This document shows positions 37,671 through 47,696 of a DNA stretch of 64,000 nt, piece by piece (the first letter of the stretch is position 1; each line of letters begins with the position of its first letter). Under the pieces are notes generated by a model. It saw only the letters and a list, made by a program, of their open reading frames with translations, made no database searches and was not told the origin of the DNA. Source of the DNA: Planctomycetota bacterium (GTDB taxonomy: Bacteria; Planctomycetota; JAJSAM01; JAJVHW01); the NCBI GenBank assembly GCA_965248445.1, contig CBDFJG010000002.1, positions 576,001 to 640,000 on the forward strand. The letters are read 5' to 3'. A program made the position numbers and the translations under genes.

Positions 37671-38393
37671 ATGCGTTTGCGCTGTCTGACCTACAACATC
37701 CACAAGGGGATCGGCACCGACGGCGCGCGCGACCTGCGACGCATCGCACAGGTCGTGAGGCACTACGACCCGGACGTCGTGGCGTTCCAAGAGATCATGT
37801 GGTTCCGGCCCCGCGAGGGGTTCCCGGCGCAACCTGCGGCGCTGGCCTGTGAGTTGGGTATGCACACCGGCGCGGTCGGGCTGAACTGCCGCCGGCGGGT
37901 CGGCGTGTACGGCAACGCCACGCTCACGAACTGCGAACTGGTGAGTCACGCCAACATCGATCTGACCGTCCCACTCAAGAAGTCCCGCAGCGCGCTCTAC
38001 TCGCTGGTGCGCCGCGATGGCGTCGAGGTGCACGTCTACAACGTGCACCTCGGTCTGGCGCGCTTCGAGCGGGTGGCGCAGGCGCGCCGTTTGATCGCGG
38101 AGATCGACGAGGTGGCCCCGCCACCGGCGCCCGTCGTGGTGGTGGGGGACACGAATGACTGGCGGGACGTCGTGTTCCCGACGGTGTTCGAACCGGCCGG
38201 CTTCAGCTGTCGCGGCAGCGGGAAGGCCCACGGGACCTTCCCGTCGTGGTACCCCGTCGCGAGCGTCGATCGTGTGTTCGTGCGCGGAGACGTCCGCATT
38301 CACCGCGCGTACGCGTCACGGCTCGCACTCGCGCGCCAGGCCAGCGATCATCTGCCGGTCATCGCGGATCTCGACGTGGGCGACGCAGCATGA
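37671..38393 (+). CDS. Endonuclease/exonuclease/phosphatase family protein (YbhP-like)
   Basis: TYNIHKG, AFQE, YGNATL, NVHLGL, GDTNDW, ASDHLP. Confidence 0.9.
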   Translation: MRLRCLTYNIHKGIGTDGARDLRRIAQVVRHYDPDVVAFQEIMWFRPREGFPAQPAALACELGMHTGAVGLNCRRRVGVYGNATLTNCELVSHANIDLTVPLKKSRSALYSLVRRDGVEVHVYNVHLGLARFERVAQARRLIAEIDEVAPPPAPVVVVGDTNDWRDVVFPTVFEPAGFSCRGSGKAHGTFPSWYPVASVDRVFVRGDVRIHRAYASRLALARQASDHLPVIADLDVGDAA

Positions 38394-39553
38394 CCGAGCG
38401 CTTTCAGCTCCGGAGGCTCGATCGGCGCCTGCGCGAGCCGTTCCCGCTCGTCGGCGGCAACTCCGTTCGCGCGCTGGAACAGGGGACGGACTTCTTCGAG
38501 ACGATGCTCGACGGCATCCGCAACGCGAAGCACTCCGTCGACCTGCTCATGTACCTGTGGGAGGCAGACGAAGTCGGATCGGCGTTCGTGCGCGCGCTCG
38601 GGGACGCTGCGAAGAGGGGCGTGTCGGTGCGCGTCCTCGCCGACGACTTCGGGTCGCGACGCATCCTGCGCGGCGGCCTGCGCGAGATTCTCGAAGACGG
38701 CGCGGACGTCCGCGCGTTCAGCCCGTTTGCGTTGCCGTTCGGACGCCGTTTCTACAACCGCACGCACAAGAAGCTGCTGGTCATCGACCGGCTCGCCGCC
38801 TACACGGGCGGGGCAGGACTCTCGCTGCACTTCTCCGGCGTCAAGAAGCGCGAGCGCCCGTGGGAGGACCGCATGTACGAGGTCCTCGGTCCGATCCTGC
38901 AGCAGTTGATCCACGTGTTCGAAGTCGACTTCGCACGCTGGAAGGCCGTGGTGAACTCGCCGCCTCCGCAGAAGCCTCAACTCGAGCATCCGGAGGAAAG
39001 CGCCGGAGTCGCGGTGGGCCGTGTGCTCCGCGGCTTTCCGGACGCCCGCGACTATCCCGCGACTCTCATTCAGGCGATCGATGCCGCGAAGGACCGCGTG
39101 TGGATCGGAACGCCGTACTTTCTGCCGCCGCACACGCTCGGACGTTCGCTGCGTGACGCGCTGGCGCGTGGTGTCGAGGTGCAGATCGTGCTGCCCTCCG
39201 CCGAGGGCGCAAGTCCGGTGCTCTGGTACGCCAGCCGGAGGCACTACGGCCGGTATCTGCGGCGCGGTGCCCAGATCTTCGAGCGCGGGCCGGAGTTCTA
39301 CCACGCCAAGCTGGCGGTGGTGGACCGCGACACTGCGCTGTTCGGCTCTTCGAACCTCGACTGGTGGTCGTGGCGGCGCAACGCGGAGATCGACCTGCTC
39401 TTCACCGACGCCGACACCGTCGGGCTGGTGGCCAACCGTTTCGAGTACGACCGCGCACGTAGCCGCGAGGTGACCCTCGAGGAGCACCGCAAGCGGGGCT
39501 TCCTCCACCGCATCTTCGAGGCGTTCTTCGGGTTGTTCGACGAGTGGTTGTAA
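38390..39553 (+). CDS. Phospholipase D family, cardiolipin synthase ClsB-like
   Basis: Two HKD motifs (HKKLLVID, HAKLAVVD), GSSNLD; adjacent to ybhP-like gene. Confidence 0.85.
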   Translation: MTERFQLRRLDRRLREPFPLVGGNSVRALEQGTDFFETMLDGIRNAKHSVDLLMYLWEADEVGSAFVRALGDAAKRGVSVRVLADDFGSRRILRGGLREILEDGADVRAFSPFALPFGRRFYNRTHKKLLVIDRLAAYTGGAGLSLHFSGVKKRERPWEDRMYEVLGPILQQLIHVFEVDFARWKAVVNSPPPQKPQLEHPEESAGVAVGRVLRGFPDARDYPATLIQAIDAAKDRVWIGTPYFLPPHTLGRSLRDALARGVEVQIVLPSAEGASPVLWYASRRHYGRYLRRGAQIFERGPEFYHAKLAVVDRDTALFGSSNLDWWSWRRNAEIDLLFTDADTVGLVANRFEYDRARSREVTLEEHRKRGFLHRIFEAFFGLFDEWL

Positions 39554-39572
39554 GCGTGCACCCCACGCAGCG

Positions 39573-40742
39573 TCAGCCGCGGCCGACCTGCTTCTTGCGG
39601 CGCATGGTCTCGACGGTTTCGATCACGGCGGCTGCGGCGCGGTCGACCTCGTCGGGCGTCGTGTAGCGCGAGAGCGAGAACCGCACGGCCGACGCCGCCT
39701 CCGAGCGCGTCTGTCCCATCGCAAGAAGCACGTGCGAGGGCTCGGGCGACTTCGTGCTGCACGCGCTGCCGTTCGAAGCGTCGACGCCGACGCGGTCGAG
39801 GCGCGCGAGGAGTTGATCGCTCGGTATGCCGTCGAAACGCAGATTGCTGGTGTTCGGGGTGCGCGGACCGGTCCCGTTCACCACGACGTCGCCGAGCGAA
39901 CCGGAGACCACTCGCTCCAGCCGGTCACGCATCTTCGTCATCGCGCGCACGCGGTCGCCGAAGTCCTGCGCGCACTCGCGGGCGGCTGCTGCCAGTCCCG
40001 CGATCCCGGGGAGCCCCTCGGTCCCCGCGCGGCGGCCGAGTTCGTGCGACGCGGGATAGGGGGACTTCCAGCGCGCACCGGATCGCACCAGGAGCGCGCC
40101 CGTGCCCTGCGGGGCGTGCATCTTGTGTCCAGCGATCGCGAGCAGGTCAGCGCCGAGTGCGGAGAAGTCGACCGGCAGCTTGCCCGCCGCCTGCACGGCG
40201 TCGACGAGGAGCGCGACGCCGTGATCGCGGCACGTCGCCGCGACCTCGGCGACCGGCTGGATGACACCGGTCTCGTTGTTCGCCCACATGAGGGTCACCA
40301 GCGCCGTGTCGCTACGGATCGCGTCGGCGACCGACTCGGCGGTCACGACCCCGTCCGCTGCTGGCCGCACCCACGTGACCTCCACCCCGTGCCCCCAGGC
40401 CGACGCGGGCGCTGCGGCGAGCAGGCTCCCGATCGCGGCATGCTCGATTGCGGAGGCGACCACGTGCCGCCGCTCCCCGGATGCCGCGAGTGCTCCCAGC
40501 ACCCCGAGCTGATCCGCCTCGGTGCCGCCCGACGTGAACGTGACCTCGGCGGGCGAGGCGCCGAGCCACTTCGCGAGGTCCGCGCGGGCCTCGGAGAGGA
40601 TCGCCGCCGCCTCCCGCCCGCGGGCGTGCAGCGAGGACGGGTTGCCCCAGCCTGTCGCGAGCACGCGCGCCACGGCTTCGCGCACGGCCGTCGCCGGCCG
40701 AGTCGTGGCGTTCGCGTCGAGGTACACCCGCCTGCCGTCCAT
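39573..40742 (-). CDS. Cysteine desulfurase (NifS/IscS group I)
   Basis: YLDANATT, GNPSSLH, FTSGGTE, ANNETG, DAVQ, GHKMH, SNGSACS. Confidence 0.93.
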   Translation of the reverse strand: MDGRRVYLDANATTRPATAVREAVARVLATGWGNPSSLHARGREAAAILSEARADLAKWLGASPAEVTFTSGGTEADQLGVLGALAASGERRHVVASAIEHAAIGSLLAAAPASAWGHGVEVTWVRPAADGVVTAESVADAIRSDTALVTLMWANNETGVIQPVAEVAATCRDHGVALLVDAVQAAGKLPVDFSALGADLLAIAGHKMHAPQGTGALLVRSGARWKSPYPASHELGRRAGTEGLPGIAGLAAAARECAQDFGDRVRAMTKMRDRLERVVSGSLGDVVVNGTGPRTPNTSNLRFDGIPSDQLLARLDRVGVDASNGSACSTKSPEPSHVLLAMGQTRSEAASAVRFSLSRYTTPDEVDRAAAAVIETVETMRRKKQVGRG

Positions 40743-40941
40743 GGCGGCGATCGTACGAGGGCGGACCCGCGCCCGGCCGAGCGATTTCGTGCGGCGCGGC
40801 GCGGTGGGGAGCCGTCCAATACGAGACTTGCCGTCGCCACCGGCCTCCGCTGGTCCGGCGACGCGCGCCGATGACGCCGCGAAGGCGCCAGACGACACCG
40901 ACGATGCCGACCGATCCGGTCATCGCTCTCCTGGAGACACC

Positions 40942-43900
40942 ATGACTCGCAGCACGATCCGACGCGCCGCCACTCTTCTCGTCCTCTCGTTCGCGGCGTT
41001 CGTGACCGCCTGTGGCGACGACAAGGGCGGGGGCACCGCCGTCATCGATCCGCCGGCGTCGACCGGCACGACCGGAGACGGGAGTGCCGCAGTGCAGCCC
41101 GGCGACGCGGGTGGCGCCACGACCGCGCCTGCCGGTCCGCAGGCCGCGGTCGCGGGCGACCCGATGGGCGTCGTCATCAAGAAGCTCGACAACGGGCTGA
41201 CCGTCATGCTCTCGGAGAACCACGACACGCCGCGGATCGCGACGCAGATCACAACGCGGGCGGGGGCCGCCAAGGACCCCGGCGACTCGACCGGCATGGC
41301 CCACTACCTCGAGCACATGCTCTTCAAGGGCACCACGAAGATGGGCACGGTCGACTGGGAGAAGGAGAAGCCGCACGTCGATCGGATCGACGCGCTCTAC
41401 GAAGAGCTCTTCACGACCAAGGACACCGCCGAGCGCGAGCGCATCGTGGGCGAGATCGACAAGGCAGCGGTCGCTGCGACGGAGTACCAGGTCCCGGGCG
41501 AGTTCGACGCCCTCTACAAGGGCTACGGCGCGCAGGGCATCAACGCGTTCACCTCGATGGACCAGACGACGTACGTCGTCGACATCCCGGCGAACCGGCT
41601 GGAGCAGTGGTCTCGGGTCGAGTTCGAGCGGTTCCGCAAGCCGGTGTTCCGCCTGTTCCCGAGTGAGCTCGAGGCGGTCTACGAGGAGTTCAACCGCATG
41701 CTCGACAACGCGTCGAGCGCCTCGTACTTCGCGCAGCAGAACGCGCTCTTCCCGCAGCACCCCTACGGGACACAGACCACGATCGGCACGACCGAACACC
41801 TGAAGAACCCATCGATCAAGAAGATGTACGAGTTCTTCGAGAAGTGGTACGTGCCCGGAAACATGTGCGTCGCGATGGCAGGCGACTTCGACGCCGAAGA
41901 GGCGCTGGCGATCATCGAGAACTCGCTGGGCAAGTGGGAGCCGAAGCCGGTTCCGGACGACCCGGTCTATCCCATCGAGAAGCCCGACGGTGTCGTGCGG
42001 GTCGAGGTGCCGTTCGAGGCCGACGAGACGATTGCGATCGCGTTCCTGACGGTTCCGACCGGCCACGCGGACGAGCACGTTTTGCAGCTCTGCGACATGA
42101 TGCTCGACAACTCGCAGACGGGGTTGATCAACGTCAACCTCGGGCAGACGCAGGCCGTCCGTCAGGCCGGATCGAGCCCGTCGTTCACCAACGACGCCGG
42201 ATACCAGCGTCTGTTCGCAATCCCCAAGCCCGGCCAGACGCTCGACGAGTGCGAAGAGCTGCTGCTCGCGCAGGTGAAGCTGCTCAAGGAAGGGAGCTTC
42301 ACGGATGCGGACTTGAAGGCGGTCATCACCGACTTCGAGGTCAACCAGAAGCGCGGTCTCGAGGGGAACCAACAGCGCGTGCAGGCGATGACCGGTTCGT
42401 TCGTGTCGCGGATCCCCTGGGACGCCGTCGTGCACTCGCTCGACCACATGCGCACGCTGACGAAGGCCGATGTCGTGGCCGCGGCGAACAAGTACTTCGG
42501 AGACGACTACGTCGTGGTCCGCCGGCTCAACGCTCCCCGCGAACTCCCGAGCGTCACGAAGCCGAAGTTCACTCCCGTCGACACGCCGTCGGACCGTCAC
42601 TCCCCGTGGTTCGACGCGATGTCCGCCGAGGAAGTGGCACCCATCGCGCCGCGCTTCGCGGTCAAGGACGTCGACTATCAGGTCCGCGACTTCCCGTGGG
42701 GCCGCCTCTACTACGCGCGCAACCCGGTGAACGACATCTTCGACCTCGTCATCTCGACCGAGTTCGGCACGAAGCACGACAAGCGGCTCGAGCGGGCGTT
42801 CAATCTGATGGATCTGGGCGGCGCCGGTGACCTCGATCCCGTGGCCTACAAGCGCAAGCTGTACTCGCTGGCGTCGTCGATCGGCGGCGGCTCGGGTGAG
42901 CAGTCCACGTCTCTCAGCGCGTCCGGTCTCGACGCCAATCTCGAAGAGACGCTGACGCTCCTGCGATCGCACTTCCAGTCACCGACTGGTGTCGGGCAGA
43001 GCGATCTCGACAAGCTCGTGCAGCGCGAACTCGGAATGCGCCAGTTCCAGAAGCAGCAGGCGCGCGTCTTGTCGTTCGGGCTCAATCAGTACGCGATGCG
43101 CGGCGCCGACAGCCCGCTCCTCACGGCACCCAGCAACGATGATTTGAAGGCGCTCCAGGCGGACGACCTGATCGCCGCGGTGAAGGACGTGTTCAAGTAC
43201 AAGCGCCGCGTCACCTACGTGGGGCAGAAGTCCCTCGAGGAAGTGGCTGCGCTCGTGGCGCCGCCCGCGGGTCCCGCACTCCTCGACACGCCCGAGTGGA
43301 AGCCGATCCAGTACGCGCTGGGCAACAAGAACCGCGTGCTGTTCGTGAACGCCCGCGCCGCGCAGTCGAGCATCGGTCTGTTCGCGACCGACGGCGTCTT
43401 CGAGCCGGCGCGCTACCCCGAAGGCCGTCTGTACAACGCGTACATGAGCGGCGGCATGGGCGCCGTGGTCTTCCAGGAGGTGCGTGAGAAGCGCGCTCTC
43501 GCGTACGCCGTCGGGACCAGCTATCAGCTCGGCAACCGCGTGGGCGCAACCAGCCTGATGACGGGGAACCTCGGGACCCAGCCGGACAAGACCATCGAGG
43601 CCATCGAGGTCCTCCTCGGCATCATCCGCGACCTGCCGGCCAGCGAACTGCGCGTCGAGAACTCACGCAAGTCCCTCGACAACTCGTATCGCACGGCGCG
43701 TCTCACGCCCCGGCAGCTGCCCGGCGCAGCGAAGACCTGGGACGACTGGGGCACGGGCAAGGATCCGCGCGAGTACAACTGGAAGGGTGTCACGTCGATG
43801 TCGCTCGACGACCTCGTGAAGTTCGCGTCCCGCTTCAAGGACAAGCCGTTCACGATCGCCGTGGCGGGCCCGCGGGACAAGGTGGACCTCGAGGCGCTGG

Positions 43901-43953
43901 CGCAGTTCGGCGAAGTCACCGAGGTCCAGCCGGACGACTTGTTCAACTTCTGA
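40942..43953 (+). CDS. M16 (insulinase/PqqL-like) zinc peptidase, single-chain lipoprotein
   Basis: VTAC lipobox; GMAHYLEHMLFKGT; NAFTS; FQEVREKRALAY. Confidence 0.93.
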   Translation: MTRSTIRRAATLLVLSFAAFVTACGDDKGGGTAVIDPPASTGTTGDGSAAVQPGDAGGATTAPAGPQAAVAGDPMGVVIKKLDNGLTVMLSENHDTPRIATQITTRAGAAKDPGDSTGMAHYLEHMLFKGTTKMGTVDWEKEKPHVDRIDALYEELFTTKDTAERERIVGEIDKAAVAATEYQVPGEFDALYKGYGAQGINAFTSMDQTTYVVDIPANRLEQWSRVEFERFRKPVFRLFPSELEAVYEEFNRMLDNASSASYFAQQNALFPQHPYGTQTTIGTTEHLKNPSIKKMYEFFEKWYVPGNMCVAMAGDFDAEEALAIIENSLGKWEPKPVPDDPVYPIEKPDGVVRVEVPFEADETIAIAFLTVPTGHADEHVLQLCDMMLDNSQTGLINVNLGQTQAVRQAGSSPSFTNDAGYQRLFAIPKPGQTLDECEELLLAQVKLLKEGSFTDADLKAVITDFEVNQKRGLEGNQQRVQAMTGSFVSRIPWDAVVHSLDHMRTLTKADVVAAANKYFGDDYVVVRRLNAPRELPSVTKPKFTPVDTPSDRHSPWFDAMSAEEVAPIAPRFAVKDVDYQVRDFPWGRLYYARNPVNDIFDLVISTEFGTKHDKRLERAFNLMDLGGAGDLDPVAYKRKLYSLASSIGGGSGEQSTSLSASGLDANLEETLTLLRSHFQSPTGVGQSDLDKLVQRELGMRQFQKQQARVLSFGLNQYAMRGADSPLLTAPSNDDLKALQADDLIAAVKDVFKYKRRVTYVGQKSLEEVAALVAPPAGPALLDTPEWKPIQYALGNKNRVLFVNARAAQSSIGLFATDGVFEPARYPEGRLYNAYMSGGMGAVVFQEVREKRALAYAVGTSYQLGNRVGATSLMTGNLGTQPDKTIEAIEVLLGIIRDLPASELRVENSRKSLDNSYRTARLTPRQLPGAAKTWDDWGTGKDPREYNWKGVTSMSLDDLVKFASRFKDKPFTIAVAGPRDKVDLEALAQFGEVTEVQPDDLFNF

Positions 43954-43985
43954 GTCTCGCGGCGCCGTCGGCGCCGCGCGTCCGG

Positions 43986-44206
43986 CACGGGGATCGCGTG
44001 ACGATCCCCCGCCGACCGACGTTCGGTTGTCTCCCTCCTACGCGGTCTCCGACCGCTACGGAGGAGCTCCGGTCACGCCGCTTGCTTCGCAACCCGCGCG
44101 CCCTACGCGATTCACGCAACGAGTGCTAGCTCGCTGTAGGGGCGGGGTTCCACCTCCGCCCGCGCGCGGAGTCAATGCACGGGCGGGGGTGGAACGCAGC
44201 CCCTAC
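43986..44206. repeat. Composite structured repeat (copy B) plus inverted GTAG-REP pair (44136-44163 and 44180-44206)
   Basis: GTAGGGGCGGGGTTCCACCTCCGCCCGC and inverted CGGGCGGGGGTGGAACGCAGCCCCTAC; upstream part aligns to 930-1050. Confidence 0.85.
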
Positions 44207-44745
44207 GTGCGGTGATCGACGTCGCCCGCAACTTCGTCGAGCAGCTGTTCCACGTCCGGGCGGCAGGTGCCGCAGCCGCGGGTGGCGGGCAGCCGGGCGC
44301 GCACTTCGTCCACCGTCCGGAGTCCGTCCGTGCGGATCAGCCGGCGGATGGTGTCGGTCGCCACGCCGAAGCACGTGCACGTGATGTCCTCGCCGGCTTG
44401 AGCGCGCGGATGGGTGAACGGCTGCAGCGCTCCGGCCCGCGCGAAGTGGCAGATGCGCACCGCCACGTCGCCCTCGGCGCGGTGGGCGACGTTCGCCAGC
44501 GCGGTCACGGAGAGGCGCGATGCCTCGTCGACCGTGGCGCCCTCGAGGACCTCGCACAGCGTCTCCGCCACCTCGCGGGCGTCGTCGAAGTCGATCAGTT
44601 CGAACCCGGCGGCGGCGATCGTCCGGTCGTCGTCCACTCGCAGGTGGAAGCGGACCCCTGGACCGCTGATGAGGGAACCGGATTCGCCGACGACCGTCGC
44701 GTCCGCAGGGACTCCCTCGTGAGGGGCCGGCGGGACGCTGTTCAC
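44203..44745 (-). CDS. Degenerate NifU/IscU-like N-terminal domain + BFD-like [2Fe-2S] domain protein
   Basis: CTCFGV...GCGTC; N-terminal part aligns to IscU pattern (FHLRVDD..IAAAGF..GATVDEA). Confidence 0.72.
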   Translation of the reverse strand: MNSVPPAPHEGVPADATVVGESGSLISGPGVRFHLRVDDDRTIAAAGFELIDFDDAREVAETLCEVLEGATVDEASRLSVTALANVAHRAEGDVAVRICHFARAGALQPFTHPRAQAGEDITCTCFGVATDTIRRLIRTDGLRTVDEVRARLPATRGCGTCRPDVEQLLDEVAGDVDHRT

Positions 44746-44750
44746 GGGGG

Positions 44751-45074
44751 CTACATCACCGCCAGAAGGGCCTTCTCGAGAACGGGCTTCGGCTTGAAGC
44801 CGGTCATCATCTGCTGCGCCTTGCCGTCCTTGAACAGGATCAGCGTCGGCACGGCCATGATGCCGTGCGTGGAGGCGACGCCCGGTGCCTGGTCGATGTC
44901 GACCTTGAAGATCTTGGCGCGTCCCTCGTACTCCGTCGCCAGCTCCTCGACGATCGGTGCGAGGCTCTTGCAGGGTCCGCACCACGTGGCGTAGAAGTCC
45001 ACGAGCACGGGCACGTCGCTCTTCAGCACTTCGCTCTCGAAGTCGTCGTCGGTCACGTGGGGCACGCCTGACAT
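44751..45074 (-). CDS. trxA: Thioredoxin
   Basis: VLVDFYATWCGPCK, VPTLILFKDG. Confidence 0.96.
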   Translation of the reverse strand: MSGVPHVTDDDFESEVLKSDVPVLVDFYATWCGPCKSLAPIVEELATEYEGRAKIFKVDIDQAPGVASTHGIMAVPTLILFKDGKAQQMMTGFKPKPVLEKALLAVM

Positions 45075-45133
45075 GGCAGTTCCTCCTGATCGGCAAGGTC
45101 CGCGACCCTTGTAACCGTCGAAAGCGCCCCAGA

Positions 45134-47053
45134 ATGCCCTTTTTCGCGCAGGTCAAAGCCCGTCTGTGGACCCCCGCCGGAGCCGTCGCCGCGGTTGCCG
45201 TCGTGTTGCGGCTCTGCCTGCTCGCAGTCTCGTGGCGGCGCAATCCGCTCGTGTTCCATCCGGAGTTGGACGGCCGTTACTACTTGGACTGGGCCGAGCG
45301 CATCGCGGCCGGCGAACTGCTGGCCGGCAGCCCGTTGATGCCCAACCTGACCGCCGCTCAGGCGGACGTCCTCCCGTACTTCCTCAATCCGCTCACCGCG
45401 TACGTCGCCGCGTTCTTCCGCGTACTCGGGGGAGCGCACGCCGGACACGTGATGCTGCTCGTGTTCCAGTGCTTCCTCGCCGGCGCGACCGCCTATCTGG
45501 CCGCCTGCACCGCGCGCCGTCTGTTCGGGCGTGCCGCGGAGTGGACCGCCGGACTCGCGTGCGCGCTGTCTTCAGTGCTCGTGCACTTGGACATGCACGT
45601 CTCGGTGTCCGGTCTCGCAGCGTTCCTCGTCGCCGGTGCGATGTGGTCGACGCTGCCCCGCGAGGACGGCGAGCGCGAGTTCCCGGCGCGGTTGCGCGGC
45701 CCGCTGGCGACCGGCGTGTGGCTGGGTGTCGGCGCGCTGGCCCGCCCGGTGACCATGTTCGCTCTGCCGCTCGTCATGTGGCTGTACGCCTCGCGAGCGC
45801 GGGAGGGACCGAGGCTGCGCGCCCTGGGGCTGTGCGTGCTCGGGTTCGTGATCCCGATCGCCCCGAGCCCCATCCGGAACTACATGGCGAGCGGCGAGCC
45901 CGTGCTGTTCACGGCCGCGTCCGGCGCCAACCTCTACCTCGGCAACAACCCGTCGACGCGCAAGTACCGGACGATGACTGCGCACTCCCGGTTCCGGTTC
46001 AACCCGTTCGAGATGCACGAGGACTTGCGGCGCTACATGGCGGCTCGCATCGGGGCCGATGCGAGCTGGGGCGAGATCTCGGCGCGTCTCACGCGGGACG
46101 GCATCGACGAGTTCGTGCGCGAGCCGGGTGACTCCGCGCTCTTCTACGTCAACAAAGCGCGCTGGTTCCTCTCGCCCGTGGAGGTGTCATCGTCGGCGTC
46201 TCTGCCGGCTGACCGCGACTACGTCCCGTGGTTGCGCGTCGCGGTGATTCCGACGTGGCTGATCGCGGTGCTCGCGCTGACCGGTTACTTCATGCACTTG
46301 CGGCGCAAGGACGTGTCACTGGGTCCGGGAAGCCTCGCGCTCGCACACGGCATCGTGCTGACGATCGTGTTCCCGCTCTCCCACTACCGAAGCCCCGCCA
46401 TCCCGGCGCTCGCGGTGCTCGCGGGGGGCGCGGTCGCGGTGTTCCTTGCCCAAGAGAACGGGGCTCGCGAGGGTGGGCGGAGACGGTTGGTGGCAGGCGG
46501 CTTGGCCGTCGTCTTGGCGGTGCTGGCGTGGCTCCCGCCGCCGCCGGCGCCGATGCGCCACTCGGGACTGCTCACCGCGGCGTCCTGTGCGGAGCAGCGT
46601 GGCGACTACGAGGAAGCCGCGCGCCTCGCCAAGCTCGCCACGGAGGCGCAGCTCGCCTCCTGGCCGGGGGAGCGGGAGACGGCGGCGAGCTGGTTCATCC
46701 AGGGTCACGCGGCGTACTCCCGCCGCGACTGGGAGGAGGTGATCCGCCTCCAGCGGCTGGGCCTCGAGATCGAGCCGCGGAACTGGATCGAGCGGTTGCC
46801 GATCCTGGACGCGCTGTACCACCTCAATCGGCCGGAGGAGATGTTGCGCGAGATCCAGGAGATGCGAGAGCTCGAGGACGCCGGCGACGTCTATCAGCAG
46901 CCCGGTGTGCGGGCGGCGATGGCCAACGCGCTCTACCTCCAGGGCAAGTTCATCGAAGCCCGCCCCCACGTGGAGTTCGCGCTGCGTCACGCACGAAGTC
47001 CGCGTGACCACCCATTCGACCGCGTGATCAAGAAAGTGATCGAAGGGAAGTGA
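45134..47053 (+). CDS. GT-C fold (ArnT/PMT-like) membrane glycosyltransferase with C-terminal TPRs
   Basis: LDGRYYLDWA, LARP, PIRN, SGANLYLGNN, HYRSP; TPR-like tail. Confidence 0.78.
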   Translation: MPFFAQVKARLWTPAGAVAAVAVVLRLCLLAVSWRRNPLVFHPELDGRYYLDWAERIAAGELLAGSPLMPNLTAAQADVLPYFLNPLTAYVAAFFRVLGGAHAGHVMLLVFQCFLAGATAYLAACTARRLFGRAAEWTAGLACALSSVLVHLDMHVSVSGLAAFLVAGAMWSTLPREDGEREFPARLRGPLATGVWLGVGALARPVTMFALPLVMWLYASRAREGPRLRALGLCVLGFVIPIAPSPIRNYMASGEPVLFTAASGANLYLGNNPSTRKYRTMTAHSRFRFNPFEMHEDLRRYMAARIGADASWGEISARLTRDGIDEFVREPGDSALFYVNKARWFLSPVEVSSSASLPADRDYVPWLRVAVIPTWLIAVLALTGYFMHLRRKDVSLGPGSLALAHGIVLTIVFPLSHYRSPAIPALAVLAGGAVAVFLAQENGAREGGRRRLVAGGLAVVLAVLAWLPPPPAPMRHSGLLTAASCAEQRGDYEEAARLAKLATEAQLASWPGERETAASWFIQGHAAYSRRDWEEVIRLQRLGLEIEPRNWIERLPILDALYHLNRPEEMLREIQEMRELEDAGDVYQQPGVRAAMANALYLQGKFIEARPHVEFALRHARSPRDHPFDRVIKKVIEGK

Positions 47054-47119
47054 CCCAGCCCTCGTCAGCCCGCGCCCGTCGCCTTCGATCGGACTGGCAG
47101 ACCCACGTACGATCTGGGC

Positions 47120-47653
47120 ATGCGACATCACGTGGCCGGGGGGCTGATCGCAGCGCTGCTCCTCTGTGCGCTCTGCGCGGCCGGCTGCAGGCGAGACCGT
47201 CAGCGGACTCCGACACCCCAGCCTGCGCCCATGGCGTTGATACCCCCTCTCGCCGACGTCGAGGTCGGGGAGCAGGTGCGCCTGCGGCGGATGAAGGACG
47301 AGTGGGTCTACACCGTCGTCGCCGTCGGAGACCACACGGTGCAGGTCGAGCGGCGCAAGACCGTCGACGGCCGAGTGGGCGAACCGGAGGTCTACACGTG
47401 GGATCGCAAGGGATTCGGCGTACCCGAGGATTGCGTCATCCTGCGCCTGGAGCGGACTTCGCTCGACGTCGATGGCCGGTCGCGCCCGTGCTGGCTCGCC
47501 TACATCTCCACCAAGGGGGAGCACTACTACTACTGGATCAGCGAAGAGGTGGCGGTGCACGGCCTGCTGGCCATTGCGAAGGAGCTGAAGGGGCGGCCGG
47601 ACGAGGCGCACGCCATCCGGTGGGTCTTCGACACCAAGTCGGACTGGCGCTAG
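47120..47653 (+). CDS. Hypothetical lipoprotein
   Basis: Signal ending AAGC; beta-rich mature region. Confidence 0.65.
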   Translation: MRHHVAGGLIAALLLCALCAAGCRRDRQRTPTPQPAPMALIPPLADVEVGEQVRLRRMKDEWVYTVVAVGDHTVQVERRKTVDGRVGEPEVYTWDRKGFGVPEDCVILRLERTSLDVDGRSRPCWLAYISTKGEHYYYWISEEVAVHGLLAIAKELKGRPDEAHAIRWVFDTKSDWR

Positions 47654-47696
47654 GGGCTGGCGCTAGGGCCCCTGCGGAGGAAGCTCGCTCCGCGAG

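Noticed and set aside
37671..39553. EEP nuclease + PLD pair as an anti-phage nuclease system
   Set aside because: Matches the known ybhP-clsB-type lipid metabolism arrangement with two HKD motifs.
40312..42972. Long antisense ORFs (886 aa here; also 50680-53421, 9969-11990, 60485-62455 and others)
   Set aside because: Shadow frames opposite well-supported genes, expected in high-GC DNA with few stop codons; no motifs.
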